The notes: a model not told the origin generated them from the letters alone. Shown: positions 1 through 12,926, numbered from the stretch's first letter. The stretch is 64,000 nucleotides of DNA from Chlorokybus atmophyticus (GCA_009103225.1 RHPI01003603.1:23480-87479), one strand, 5' to 3'. Translations and numbers: made by a program.

Positions 1-1030
1 GGGGGCTTGCCGGAGGAGCAGTAGGGGAAGGGGTTGTGGCTGAAGTTTGTTGTTCAGCGCGGTTTTTTATAGGCGTGCAAGTTGATTGTTGTTGAGGAGG
101 GGAGAGCGTGACGTTGATAGTGAGATTTAAGGGTGTAGGGAGCGAACTTTGGATTCAGTGGTGGGTTGTGTTGCTTGTCGTGGGGGAGGTTGTTGTCGGC
201 CTATGGGTTGGGAGGTGGATTGTGTCGCTTGTCGCTGAAGAGATTGTTGTGGGCATGCTGCTCGCTGGTGTCTGGTGAGGCCACAGTGATAGCAAAATGG
301 AGGGGAAGATGGAGGAAGGAGCCTGATTGTAGTGCTAGACTGATGTCCTTTAAAGAGGCTCTTGATTGTAACGGTGTTGGGTATTTGGGGAGCGTTGTCC
401 TTAGGTATCAAGCGGTATCTTGTGGAGGGGGTGAGGAAATGGCGATGCAGAGTTGAGGTAGGGAGAGGAGCGCCTATTGTACCATATTTGTTGATATTTC
501 AAAGGAGCGATGGAAGGATGCGATGGTGATTACCGTAGCATGCAATCGAGCTCTCCTCCACACTTAAATCTGATCCGGGGAAACTCTAACTGGCTTGCGT
601 CCAAGGCCTTTCAGTGATCCACGTCTAGCTTTGTTCAGCACTTATGATGCTGCAGCCTCCGAAGAAAGTAGTGCCTGAGTCTCACCCTTTCTGGATAATG
701 AGTAGAGATGGTAATGTGTCCCCGCGAAGGGTTTATGCATTTGTGCTCAACCCAAGTGAGGCGAGTGAGAAGTGTCTGTGATTCTGCATACTTAAAGCGA
801 AAGCAAACTGCTCTCTTCTCTAATGGAGTCTGCCATGCAGTGAATAGTGTTGGGTCTACGTCGACATCAACACTATCCTCCTTCTCTACACAACCATGTT
901 GGAGCGATGGGGAGGATGCGTGGATAAACAGCAAATCTGGTGTATGAGAAGATGCACGTGCATTGCTTGTTGTAGGAGTGGAGGTGTTGAGAGAGCGCAC
1001 TATAGCTGCCCAGAACTTGCTCGTCACTGC
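1..1030 (-). mobile_element. Decayed retrotransposon ORF1/gag-like region, probably LINE ORF1, continuing off the left edge
   Basis: The minus frame carries an exact CX2CX4HX4C zinc knuckle (CYHCGLTRHQRAAC, ~230-275), preceded by TVTIKSLFKG...PPFC and followed by a Q/P/T-rich tail. Reading that frame across 1-660 gives scattered in-frame stops. No RT or endonuclease lies inside the window. Confidence 0.6.
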
Positions 1031-1188
1031 AAGGTTGGCCGTAGTGGAGAAATTGGTGGGTTGGGTAGGATTAGTGGGGATGTGGAGAATAGAAGTTGGA
1101 GGTAGGTGTGGTTGAAATGGGGGGAAAGCTGATGGGTGCAGATGTAGCCATCTATTCCTCCATGTTTTCTTTTTGCTGGTTCAGGTAA

Positions 1189-1470
1189 CAGCTAGGGGTA
1201 CATGCGCCTTCCATGGTGTGAGCAAACACAATCACTAACCTCACAACGATGTCCCAGAACGAGCATGCTTAGCCTCTTGTGTTTGCCACACACACAGCGT
1301 GCAGTAACCTCCCTTCGCCGCCGCCTAGGCTCACAGCTAGGGGTATGTGCATCTGCTATGGTGTGAGCAAACACAATCGCTAGCCTCACAGCAATGTCCC
1401 AGGATGAGCACGCTCAGCCTCTTGTGCTTGCAACACACATAGTGTGCATCAACCTCCCTTTGCCGCCGCC
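1189..1470. repeat. Two-copy ~145 bp diverged tandem repeat upstream of the LINE-like ORF1
   Basis: cagctagggg...atggtgtgagcaaacacaatc...gcctcttgtg...aacctccctt..gccgccgcc starts at 1189 and again at 1334. The mismatches are mostly transitions. Confidence 0.85.
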
Positions 1471-2194
1471 TCCACCACCTGCCATGCTTAGCTGGCGACT
1501 CTGCTGGCAGGCGCAACGGTCGGATTTGCCGCTGCGCCGACTGCGCTGTAGGCGCAGCGAAGTTGAGAATGGGGTAGGAAGTGTGGTAAGGTGTAGAGGG
1601 TGGGGTTAAGGGTTTCGGGGACTTGTNGGGGGGGGGGGGGGGGGGGGGGGGGAACAAGCTGTCCCCCACACCCCTGCCATTTCCGACGCCAAAGACGGCC
1701 ACAAGGTGACTGCCGCCGCCGCCGGTCGCTTATTCCTACCGAATTGGTGGTCTTCTGGACCTATGTATCTATGTACGTGTGCATGTGCATGCATGCGCGG
1801 ACGCGTGTGTGTCACAATAGCAGCTCCCTACCACTAATGTCTTGTGGTTGATCTGTCTACCTCTTCCTCCCTCAGTACATATTACTGCTCCTGATCGTTT
1901 TAAGCTACGGCACTTATCAAGCAGAGCCACGAGGGCACTCTCCTTGGCATTGGCAACATTGTCCCAAACTCATTATCAACACTGTATTACAATAATAATA
2001 CGCATGTGTTCATAAACAAACGCCCCATGCCTAACATGCCTAACAAAGCACTACCCGACACCTACCACTACAGCAGACGGCTAAGCCCAAAGTGGTTGTA
2101 GTGATTCTTATAGTGATAGCCGGTGTCGTTTCGTGCAATGGGTGACTATCTTATGCACTGCTCGGACAGTTGCATGGTTCCAGCATGATCCATT

Positions 2195-2460
2195 TTGACA
2201 TCTAACTTGAAAACACATCATGCAATGTGCCGTATCAGTATTAATGTGAGACAGATGCAAGGTCACCACTTGCAGAACCTGAGCCCAATGAGAGTTGCTC
2301 AAAGTGTTGTTGTTTGCGGGATTTGTGAGACTGCAAGCAGAGTCATCATCTGTCGGTGTTTGTGGGGAGTTATATGTGTGCTACAAAAAGTCAGGCTTAG
2401 CAGGGCTATTGATTACAGCAGATGGCTGTGCCATGCATGCACAATAAGGCATGCTAGGCA
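2195..2460 (+). pseudogene. Possible degenerate PHD-finger fragment
   Basis: VVVCGICETASRVIICRC...RWLCHAC has a PHD-like CxxC start and WxCxxC end, but the central HxxC is not intact. Confidence 0.25.
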
Positions 2461-2920
2461 TAACAAATGTGTTCTCGCAACGCCTCCACCAACGGGGAAG
2501 CTGATGCTAACAGCGAAGCCACTAGCAGCTCTCACTACCATGGTAAACGCAGCCAACATGCCGCCCACACAACCACTTAATGTTACTCTTGTTTGCCAAA
2601 CAAGAGTAACATTGGCATTAGCGTCCGAACTTTGGACCCCCACAAAGGTTGAAGGTCGCTTGAAACGACCTTTGTGCGTGGTATGCGAGTGTATGTATCG
2701 TATACACATACGTACATAACATATAGTGTTGTACTGTAGTATAGAGGCTAACAAACGGGCCAAGTAATGTGCTCATGTCCGTGTATACGCGCGTGTGCGC
2801 ATGCAAATGTGTGTGCACATACCACATGTTTGTATGTGTCAGTATTTACCATGCATTGACCAAGTGAGCATCACGAACACATGCATTACAATCACCACTC
2901 ACTGGTTCAAGTGATGCATG

Positions 2921-4735
2921 CTACTCTACCATAGCAGGCTCATCTTTAGTGCCACTAGTGCTAGCCTCATGCCCGGTATCACCTGCTATAGAAAAGTCCT
3001 GGATACGAGTTTGACGCCCAGCATTAATGACCACATTACGCAACTGACGTAATGTGAGATGATAATGCTCAAAGATGGGGCAGTCGTTGGTAGCAATGAA
3101 CGCCTCCACACCATTGAGGAACTTCATGCACTCCGCCACCGTGACGCGCGGTGGCACAACCTCCTCGCAATCATCTACAACACACCTTTGTGTGAACTCG
3201 CAGTCTCGAAACTGCACGCATGCATGTTTGTGCACAATGCACTACCTGTCCTCACCATCTGCCTCAGCAGCCTCATACTCAACTGCAGGCTCATGAAGCC
3301 CAATGCTGTCCAAGATGTCCTCATCATTAGGAGCAGCCTCGGTTTGGACGGTGTCATCCCCATGTACGAACTCATCAGGTGACAGCATCTCTGTGCGTGG
3401 AATGGGGAGACGCTGCATGATGTCATCAATCTCCTTCACATCAGCCTGCTCGCGTGCGTCGTCGCTGTCAGGACTAGGTGCGTGCCAGGAGTGACGCCCC
3501 TCTTCGTCCAGCAGTTCTTTATGGTGGTGGCGGTGAGCTCGCCGTACGCCTCGCGACACCATATGATCGCCTCTCTGAGCTGCACTTGAACTTTGCTCAC
3601 ATCGGCTGTGGGGTCGGCATCGTATTGCTGCAACAAGTGTGTAACAAGCTTCCGCTTGTTTCTGTCACACATCACGGGAGAACGCATATCAAACTCTGAC
3701 GAACAAGGGGGGAGTCCATCTCCAACGTTATTAACCCCTTCTTCGTGCCCTCCACACCATACTTGCAGGCGTGTGTAGAGGAGTTGTGCAGCAGTAGCAG
3801 GACTTTGCGCTTCTGCAGCTTCATCTGAACGGCGAAGTTGCACAACCAGCGGCTGAACATTTGCACAACATACAACATTCAATTTTCATGCCTCATACAC
3901 AATCAAACTTAAAGTTGACAACACCTTACCTCCGCATTCATCCAAGCAGTAGTGTTGTTCTCGTACTCAACGCCAATACGAATGGGAGTCCATGTGCTCC
4001 CGAAAGACGAGGCCATTTGAATGCGCCAAAAAGTAGAAATGGCAACTTCTCGGACGCGTTTGCATTCACACACAACGCCACTGTAAATCCATCCTTCTCT
4101 CTCTTCCCCCCTCGAACTTCCACGCTGGCAGTGACCAGTGTGCGACGGGAACGGGCTCTGTAGAACACGCCACTCTCGTCCATGGAAGTGTTGTGGGGGC
4201 CATACTCCCCAAACATTTCTCGCAAGTCCGCGCAGGCCATACCACCCCCTCTTCATCTGCATCATTTGCTTCACCGGAGCGTGCAGAGCTTTGGCAGATA
4301 TGGCATGACGTTGCTTGAATTGATGCACCCACCCGTGTGATGCATTGAAATCTTCGATGCCAAGTTTGCCAGCAAAGTCTAAGCACTTCTCTATCAAGAT
4401 CTGATCTGCGATGGTGGCATTGCAAGCACGAGTTTGTTTAAACCATGTGTACAAAGCTTCCTCTAACATAAGATGAGCGGCAAGACGCATTTGCTTTGTA
4501 GATGCAGCAAACTTTTCTCCTTGGGATAACATGTGTCCATTAACATGTCACGATTATGCAACAATTTGGACAAGGCACTCTTTTTAATTATTAACTTCAA
4601 CTTGGCCTTCACGTTGGCGATGAAGTCCACTTGCTTGACGGTGGAGTTGGCACACATTTCATCATACAACTCAAGAATGCGTTTCATATCCTTCAGAATG
4701 GTGTTGCTACATTTGAGGGGCTGTTGGGACGACAT
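2921..4735 (-). mobile_element. pogo/Tigger (Tc1/mariner superfamily) DDE_1 transposase pseudogene, with introns
   Basis: CENP-B-type HTH (LEEALYTWFKQ...FNASHGWVHQFKQRH), first catalytic-D block (SMDESGVFYRA...RGGKREKDGFTVALCVNANASEKLP), AWMNAE|MFSRWL, KVLLLLHNSSTH (second D altered to H), AIIWCREAYGELTATTIKNCW and a C-terminal RQTRIQDF. It carries frameshifts and an apparent internal deletion. Confidence 0.9.
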
Positions 4736-5138
4736 GATACCCTAGCAAAGCATGAACACCCTCAGTATGCGCTCACGCAGTCACACTCCACATCAAAACG
4801 CACATATGAATATCACACACCTTAGTAGAAGCGCCTCACAAGCTTGGTCCAACTACGCCCCTACCAGGGCGTGCAATGCCTTGCTACACCTAGTTCTCCT
4901 GCCGGCACCTCCCCCCGCGCCGCCGCCATCGCATCGTGGGCCACATCTAAGGCCTGCTCTGCGAGCACGTGGCAGCGTCAAGGCACAAGCACGCTTGTGC
5001 CTGCGCAGCGGCTACCCCGATAACATAATATAAGCACCGGTTTTTTTAAAGCCTAAAAAGTTGGTCTTATTACGTGAGAGAATATTCTTTTCAGCAGATG
5101 TATTTGCCTGTAAAACGATTGGTCTTTTGAGGAATTAT

Positions 5139-5193
5139 GATGTTAACGGGGTTATTCTTCCAAATCGAAGTCTCTTAACGGGGTAAGGCTGTA
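5139..5193 (-). mobile_element. Probable 5' terminus (TIR) of the pogo element with flanking TA
   Basis: The minus strand reads TA|CAGCCTTACCCCGTTAAGAG..., with ACCCCGTTA repeated internally. It sits ~450 bp upstream of the transposase, exactly where the GT29 pseudogene homology stops. The partner TIR was not found. Confidence 0.55.
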
Positions 5194-5965
5194 CTGGCGA
5201 CAGAGGGGTCCAACGCTGTTTTGTTGTGCTCGCTGTTGCTACACCTGTACATGCAGAATCGCGCGAGGCCCTCCTCCTCCACAGCCTTCAGAAACGTCCG
5301 CACACGCGTGCGTGTACACATAAGATTACAGTTGTTGTTGGTTTATTTTGCATAGGATGACATTGATACCGTACCTGCTCAAGGCCATACGAGTGCGAGG
5401 AGAACATCACCTTTCCTGCTGCCGAGCTGAGTTAGTGATACTTGTGTGCCTCGCACCGCGCACGATTGTGAAGCCACAACCCGACACAACTATGGCACGC
5501 AAACAGTGAGTGTATGGTTTGTGAGCACGGAGAGGCTCAACTGTGGCACAGCTCACACGTGCGTGTGAGTGTGCACGCGCGTGCACACATCCACATGCCA
5601 CGCAGTTCACGAACGCGTGCACAATTCTATACACGCGCCACACACACGCATTTACACGCACGTGCATACTCGCACACCTGTTTCAGAGGTGAATGCTCAG
5701 GAGTCTTAAGGTTGCGTCCTTCCGCGCGTGTGCGAGTCCCACGCATTCGAACACTTTGACGCATCGACGGACCTATGCCCACACGCACACACACATACAC
5801 GCACTGGTCCCTGGTGCGCAAGGGCCCTATACATCCAAACATACATCCAAACATGTAGACAGACACACCTGACTTCATTCGTGCCCACAACCCTTGCACA
5901 GCCTTTGAAGCCGACATGTACTCATATACAAGAGCGTGTGTGCTCACGTCTGCGCGCCTGCAGAC
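5194..5965 (-). pseudogene. GT29 sialyltransferase-like pseudogene, paralog of the 7718-10568 gene
   Basis: Exons match the neighbour: FECVGLAH...LLSIHL, LCR...KYH*...KVMFSSHSYGLEQ, TFLKAVEEEGLARFCMYR. Lesions are a stop in motif III, frameshifts and a last acceptor mutated from cag to cgg. Weakly similar exons may extend to ~6500. Confidence 0.85.
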
Positions 5966-6949
5966 AGCGCGCGCATGCATACGCACACAACATCACGCAC
6001 CTGCACAACCCTTCTGCACACAACTCCTGGCGCACAACCAGACAGAAAACATGCACTAGCCGACACGCATGCATGCATGCACACGCACGGTAATTCCCAC
6101 AGAGAGAAGTACACCCCTGCATAAGGCGATTGTGCATATTTCTTGCACGCTCTTACACACGCAATGAGAAAGGGAGAGGGGAAGAGAGGGGACACACAGG
6201 CGCATGATTACACATGAGCACACCGACACGCAGCACGCAGAGAAACACGCAGGCATGCATGCACTTTGGCACCTCACAATGCGCTTGCTAGTGGCATGCC
6301 GTGCTGAAGTTTGGTTTTGTTTCCACAGTTGCAGTTTGTTTGTCTCAAGTCCCCCTCTCAAGCCCTGTACTAGTGTTATGTACCAGGGTTGGTTCAGCGG
6401 GAAAGTGTGTCTCTGCGTTTCACAAGCTTCTTGAACCCAGCTCCGCCTCTCTCCACTTGCTTGTAGGTGACGCCGGGGGTGTGTTTGCCATCCCACTGCG
6501 CGAGAGGCTGGGCTGAAAGGAGCTTTGCGATTGCGGAGCGGAGCAGCCCCAGCACACCAGTGGAGAGGCAGGCAACTACAACGCCCATGGGACTTGGATC
6601 AACGACCAGTGCCAGGCAAGCCTCCACTGCTACGTGGCAACCTTGCCGCGCATGCGCGTGATGTGTTATCAGTCAGTCAGTTTTGGGCTGCCATTGCGTC
6701 GTTGTCGTTGTCGTTGCTGTGCGTCTAAAGGCAACAGCCGCCATGCATGTCGTTGCTGCACTGCACTTGTGGCTTTGTGCCTCTGGTGGAGTACTATCAA
6801 GCTAGCGGGTAACTTCTTTGCGGAAGTTTCAGCACTAGTGTGTGACTGCGACTGCGATGGTAGAATGCTGCTGTACAAATTGGTGAGATATCTACTAAGC
6901 TTAAATACTTAACATTGGGCATACGCAGGTCGGCTCAGGCGCAGGCGCC

Positions 6950-7339
6950 ATGGCTGACCCAAACATCCCAGACACCCCCAACAGCTTGTCAGCGCAACTG
7001 CAGCAGCAACAACAAGTGCTTCAGCAGCTGCAACAAGGGCAAGAGGAAACTCTTCAACTGCTTCAACAGTTGGTTGCTGGACAAGTGGGACATGGCCTCA
7101 ACACCTTCAGGTTCTCGTATGGATGCGCAACGAGGCAGGAGAGCAGCCTGATGACCCTCCAGTCAAGAAGGGAGATCTCGTGGATGCGCCTGAGGCAACT
7201 GTTAATGCACTGCTGCTTGTATGGACGAGACATGGGTGGGTCACTTACAGAGCGACGGGTACACTTGATGTTGTTTATAGGCATGAATGATTGCGGGGTG
7301 GTGTTGTTAGGCTTGTATAAGCAGACTAACTTGGCATGA
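6950..7339 (+). pseudogene. Unknown Q/L-rich coiled-coil ORF with an apparent frameshift
   Basis: MADPNIPD...LQQQQQVLQQLQQGQEETLQLLQQL looks protein-like, and a second frame continues QVLVWMRNEAGEQPDDPPVKKGDLVDAPEATVNALLLVW. No family was recognised. Confidence 0.25.
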
Positions 7340-7717
7340 CAAAACCATTTTGCACACGTAAACATTGAATGTTGGCATCTGCAGAGTGTTTTGTGATATG
7401 TGTGCTGCAGACAATCAAGCTAAAACGGCAGCATGCGACAGTGCTGCTGAGGATAAGAGCGCTGATAACATATACAAAGACCCACATGGATGTATCCTCG
7501 TTAAGCACAAGTACTGACACGAATGACACCACAACTAGTAGGAATGCTGCTATTTTGCAAAGCTACCCGCAGCTCTCACCACCATGGTAATGGCAGCCAA
7601 CATGCCACACACGATTGCCCATCTTTCTCTGTTTATAGTATGACTATACCAACAACGGCATTCTACCTTAATGGAGCTTTACAACAAAGGCGTCAAATGC
7701 ACCCTCGATGACAATCA

Positions 7718-8477
7718 TCATCTTGTGCTGATGGTGGGGTCCAACGTGGCGTGCCCGCAGTTCTTGTTGTGCTCGCTGTTGCCACGCTTGTACATGCAGA
7801 AGCGCACGAGGCCCGCCTCCTCCATCGCCTTCAGAAACATCTGCACACGCGTGCATGAACACATATGAGTAGAGTTGCTGACTATCTATCTCCCGTTGCA
7901 GGTGACATACCCATCTCACCTGCTCCAGGCCGTATGAGTGCGACGGGAACATAACCTTGCGCCCGCCACTGAAATAATGGTACTTTGTCCGCAAACCGCG
8001 CGCGGTTCCGAAGCCATAAACTGTCACACTCCGACACAACTGTGGGGCACACGAGCATTGAGGTTGGGTTGATCAACATGGACAGAGATGAGTGTGTCAC
8101 ATCACACACACACACGCGCACGCACATGTATGCACACGCGCGCACACACACACACCTGTTTGAGGAGGTATATGCCGAGGAGTCCCGACGTTGGTTGTGT
8201 CCCTCCTCGCGAGTGCGTGAGTCCCGCGCACTCGACACGCGTCCAGTACGCCTTGAGCATGTTCTGCAGGTTGTGCAGGTGGCTCTTGCGCATGTAGACG
8301 GGGCGCACGTCCGTACGACCGATCCGCTTCATCGTTCTCAACAAATTGCCCAACTCTTTACTGCTCGCGCGCGTCGCCATGAGGTAAACGTTCTTCTCCA
8401 ACGGACACGTAGAGTGCGGGCCAGAACAACGAACGGTTTCACGACCGGCCTTTCTAAGGTTGCGAAGACCGTACCTG

Positions 8478-8508
<31 letters not shown>

Positions 8509-10568
8509 CGCGTGTATGGGCTGATGTGTGGGTTTGTAAGTGTATGCACACAGCCATTCATGCTCCCGCATTGCGTTCATGCATGTGCGCAAGCGTGCAT
8601 GTGCGTGTATGCATTGGGCTACATGTGTGCGCCCATGCGCATGGGTGCATGTGTGCCTGTGTGTACCTGTAAGTCCACATGTGGTTGGTCATGCGGATGG
8701 TTGTTTTGGCGCCAACATAGGGCGCGAAGCGGCGGCTGGTCACACCGTCATTGATGCGCAGGACCACATCATGACTGGCACGCACAATGTCCACGTGTTA
8801 GTTTTGAGAAGAAACACTTACCTCTGCGGCATGCACCCAACAACAACAACAACAAGTGCGTACCTGTCAATGGCTTTGCCCCAGCGCCCGTGCAACAGAA
8901 CCCCGCTGTTGCCCACAAGCGCACACGTCCTAAATGGAGCCGAGTCCTGGTCAACAACACCACCTTCAATAACAACAACAACAACAACAACGACAACGAC
9001 CACAACCACAACCACACGCACAACCACAAAACATCCTACCTGCAGCTTCTTTGCGCCTGGCCACTGCAGGAACGTCTTGTTGAGGGGTGGGAAATCATAC
9101 GCAGGTATGTTCATCCCTGATTGTACAATAATAACATCAGAATCAGGATGCACTTGATACAGCTCAACGCATGCGATCACGTGTTGTGTCTCACCTGTGA
9201 CTGCGGGTATGCCTTTGCGCGTGAGCTCCACGGGCATAGTGATGCTGCGACACATCTTTGGGACCTTCTTCGCCTTCTTCTTCTTAACAGCCACAACCTG
9301 CACGATGCTTGCCGGCGGAGCCAAACGGATACCCGTCACACTCGACGTGTCATCGACACTATCATCGTCATCATTCAGGGCTGCCACGACAGCGCGATCG
9401 CGCTCCAAGTCTTCCTCGGTGTCATCGTCGTTACTGTTTGAACCGGCAACAGCGTCATCCAGACCCAAGTCTTCTTGCTGCTGTACACTCAGTAGCTGCG
9501 CCCATGAGAATGACGCTGATGATGACGATGTTTTTGTTGACATTGATGCTGAGGATGATCTCAATGCGGACTCTGGCGCCAATGCAGGAACAGACGCCTC
9601 CACCTGTCATCGACAGTTTCGATATGAGTGTGCATGTACTTGTCATCACCCTTGTCGTTGTGACTGCTCCTTTTACTTGCCTCTGCTTCGAGCATCCCTA
9701 GCTCGGAGTCTGATCCCGCCTCTGCGATGGGTATGAGCGCGGGGTTGAGGTCAGCCGTCATCTCCGTCGCGTCCTCGCCCGTCGCGATCGAAAGCATCGC
9801 CGCCTCAAGCTCAGCCTCGCCCTCAGCACTGTCGCCATCAACCTCCTGCTCCACCCCATTCTCCCCCTCTCCCTCAACGTCCTCCTCTCCCTCACCCTCA
9901 GCCTCCTCCTCCTCATCTGAGTCCGTGTCCATGCCTGCCTCGGCGTCGGGATCCTCGTCCTCCACCTCTGCGTCATCATCGTCATCGTTGCCATTGGTTT
10001 CATCCACCATCTGCATGCGGAGGAGGACGAAGGATGCTCACTTGTTTGGCAGTGTGATGCAATGTGCGGTTTTTTCGCAGCTAAGATGGAGAAACGCAGC
10101 ATGGATGTGCGTGTATGCATATCCGTGCGTGCGCTCACACGTACGGACGTGTCCCAGGCACGCACGCATACGCGCGGGCTCCAACATACCCGCACACTGC
10201 GCGCATACACACCAACGTGCTCACGTAGCAACATGGCGAGCTCTACTTACGTCAGGGGCTGAAGCAGTGGCATCCCGCGCCAACGACAGGGATGACAATG
10301 TCGTTGTTTGGGTGTTGGACACTTCAGCGAGTCGCTTCCTCGTCACCACAGTCGCATCTGCTGCTGAACGACTGCTGCTGCTGGTGGTGGATGTTGAAGT
10401 AGCAGGAGTTGTAGTTGTAGCTGTAGTTGTGGTTGACGCGGGGGGGTTGGCGTTTGAGACGAATAGGCTCTGCTGGTGTACGGCGGCGAGGGCGCAGAGG
10501 AGGAGAAGAGGCAGGCAGTGACGCCACTTCAGACCGCCAACCCACCTCAGCACAACTCCCAACCCCAT
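7718..10568 (-). CDS. Glycosyltransferase family 29 (sialyltransferase-like), type II membrane protein, multi-exon
   Basis: N-terminal hydrophobic anchor (WRHCLPLLLLCALAAVH) and a long Thr-rich/acidic stem. Spliced motif L (CALVGNSGVLLHGRWGKAIDSHDVVLRIN...YVGAKTT), motif S (PTSGLLGIYLLKQ|LCRSVTVYGF), motif III (KYHYF) and motif VS (HSYGLE) all join in phase. Stop at 7718-7720. Confidence 0.93.
8965..9030. repeat. (AAC)n-like microsatellite in a GT29 intron
   Basis: aacaacaacaacaacaacaacgacaacgaccacaaccacaacc; it explains the spurious poly-V/T/N ORFs. Confidence 0.85.
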
Positions 10569-12926
10569 GCTGCCCGAGTGCGTGTGTACGCTTGTGTTGT
10601 TTGTGCAAGATGTAAGTATACCGGTACCACACACTCCTCTAGCTCCTCAACAGCAGCTACAGCAACCTATCAGCATGCCATCAACTGTGACAGTGAGGGG
10701 CGAGTGAGCGACTTCATGGTCAATGACACCATCCGTAATGGTCCATCACCGACCTGTACATGGCCATCCCCTAGCTGAATCTCGCTGAGCAAGATTGGAC
10801 CGAGTCCAAAGCCACCCCTGATACCCTCTTTCACCACAACGACCACAGCAACGACGACGACGACGACAATGATGGCGGCGCTGCTCTTTCTGTGAACGCT
10901 TTCCTGTGAAAGAGCGGTCAGCTGGGTAACGCAGATATCACCGCGGTGGACGGCTGATAACTGTTTTTCCTGCCGCCTGCGGCGGTTTCGACACGACCAC
11001 CATCGCGCCGATATCGCCGCAGTCCGGGTTGTTAGTCACGTGACGTGAACAGGACCGATTCGAATCGATGGGCCAGGATTAAGATCAACGCTATCGTTTG
11101 ATCCGGATGAAGGTAAGCTTAAGGCGCATTTTCCCGCCAAAAGCACGGCGGCGGCGTGGCTGTTGTTGTTGATGTCGTTGTTCGTGGTGGTGGCGTGGTG
11201 AGAATGAGGGAGGGTTGTTGCTGTCGTGGTGTGGCTGGAAAGCGCAATTCAACAGTTCGATCACCTGAGCTTTTCCGCTGTTGAAAAAAGTAGAGTTAGC
11301 ACAGAGAAGCACCAACCATACGCAAAAGTCTGTCGTTGGAGGAGGCGGAGGAGGTGAACAAGGAGGGCAAAGGAAGAGATTAGTACGCGTCGCTTGCTGG
11401 CTTAGCAGCAGCGAAGTGGATCGACGAGTAAAGCCTGCAAGACGACGGTGAGGACGAGGAGGATGACCAGGGTTATCGGCATTAGCAGCGCAGTGAGCAG
11501 CCTTAGGCTGCCCTGCAGTGCGCCACCGCAGCCAAAGCCTGCTAGCTGCACAGGTTTGAGTGTGCTGCCTGCTTGTGCGTAAGGGATACAAGTATTGTCG
11601 TTGACTGACAGCATATCCACTTCCACCCTGCTATATGCTACCCTGCTGCATGGCACTTTCCTGAAGTCATGGAACTTCCATGATGCCGCGTGTTGCTGCC
11701 CCTATGCATAACACAACACACACCGCTGCTGATATGTGGCAGCGTTGCCTAGGAGACACGCGAGGAGCAGTATGAGGAAGCGATGGATGAGGAGGAAGAC
11801 TAAGGAGTAGAGGTTGAGGCAGCAGTCAGGGCGTCTGGTATCAAATGTTGTAGGGACGCCTCGCTGTAGATGTTACCCACATTGGCGCTAACCTGAGCCA
11901 GCATGGCCTCCATCAGCAAGCCTTGCAGCAAGCCATGCCACTGCAACTGATCTGGACATCGGCTGACAGGTGACTCCAAGCAACACGCATGGGTTCCCTT
12001 TGCTGCGAAGAGTCTGTTCTTGAAAGGGCCACTTATTTGCGATGCCTAACTTGACAGCGTGTGTTGAAAGTTTCAACCAGCCTGTGCTGCAAGTAGTGTC
12101 GGAGGAGCAGCTGCGCGCAGTACAACATATACCTGAGTTTGCTCGACTGCTGAGCCGCATAGCACCCAGCCTCATGTCGGTGCTGCTGTACAGCAACACC
12201 TCGTTGAGGCAAAGGAGCTCCTGAGCCAGTCTCGTAATGGATGCCAGGCAAGCACTATTGATTGCTCTCATGCCCCAAGGCTGATGCTTAATCGTTATCT
12301 TCATGTCGTGAACTGACACAGGTGTTGCGCGCAGGCTAGGCTCACATCGCAGCAACCTAAAGAGCGTGCAGATATGGGTGTATGCACCAGACAAGCATCA
12401 GGAGGCAGTAGTCTGAGTTAGTGTAGCCAACCTGTGCAGGTGTTTGTATGCATTGCATACATGGAGGTGGTTGCAATGAGGTAACATTGTACGCAAGGTG
12501 CATTACCAACCACAAGCAACCTTGTCGGTGCAATAACATCTGTGGCAAGATCTGTGCAAACAAAGCCCTTTTCGCCAGGCATGAACATAACACTTATGCG
12601 CAAGTATTATCTGCGTATACGCACAACCACGACGGCAGTTGCAAGCATGAGTATCAAGCGCAAATGCCCATACTAAACACTGATTGCTACATACAAGTAT
12701 ACATGTCATTGAGTGCTCACAATCCATATGTTCAGATCAGCAGTGTTTTTCAAACATTCATTGCCAACCAAACACATAGTTCGACCTAGCTGTTCCAAGT
12801 CCAGTGGCATGGAAAGTAACACCACACAACTACTCTACCATATTCACATCTACCCAAACCAACAGCTCGTGCAGGTTTAGCCACCGGCTAACCCACTCAG
12901 TTCACAGGAGAGACTAAACTCTCTTT

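Noticed and set aside
7085-7112. A 26-nt GT...AG segment whose removal would repair the 6950 ORF
   Set aside because: It is far shorter than the well-supported introns here (about 70 nt or more), so it is likely chance.
11450-12450. Possible decayed F-box/LRR-like frame on the plus strand (LSVLPACA*GIQVLSL...LSRIAPSLMSVLL)
   Set aside because: About 11 stops in ~330 codons is close to random, and no diagnostic motif could be confirmed.
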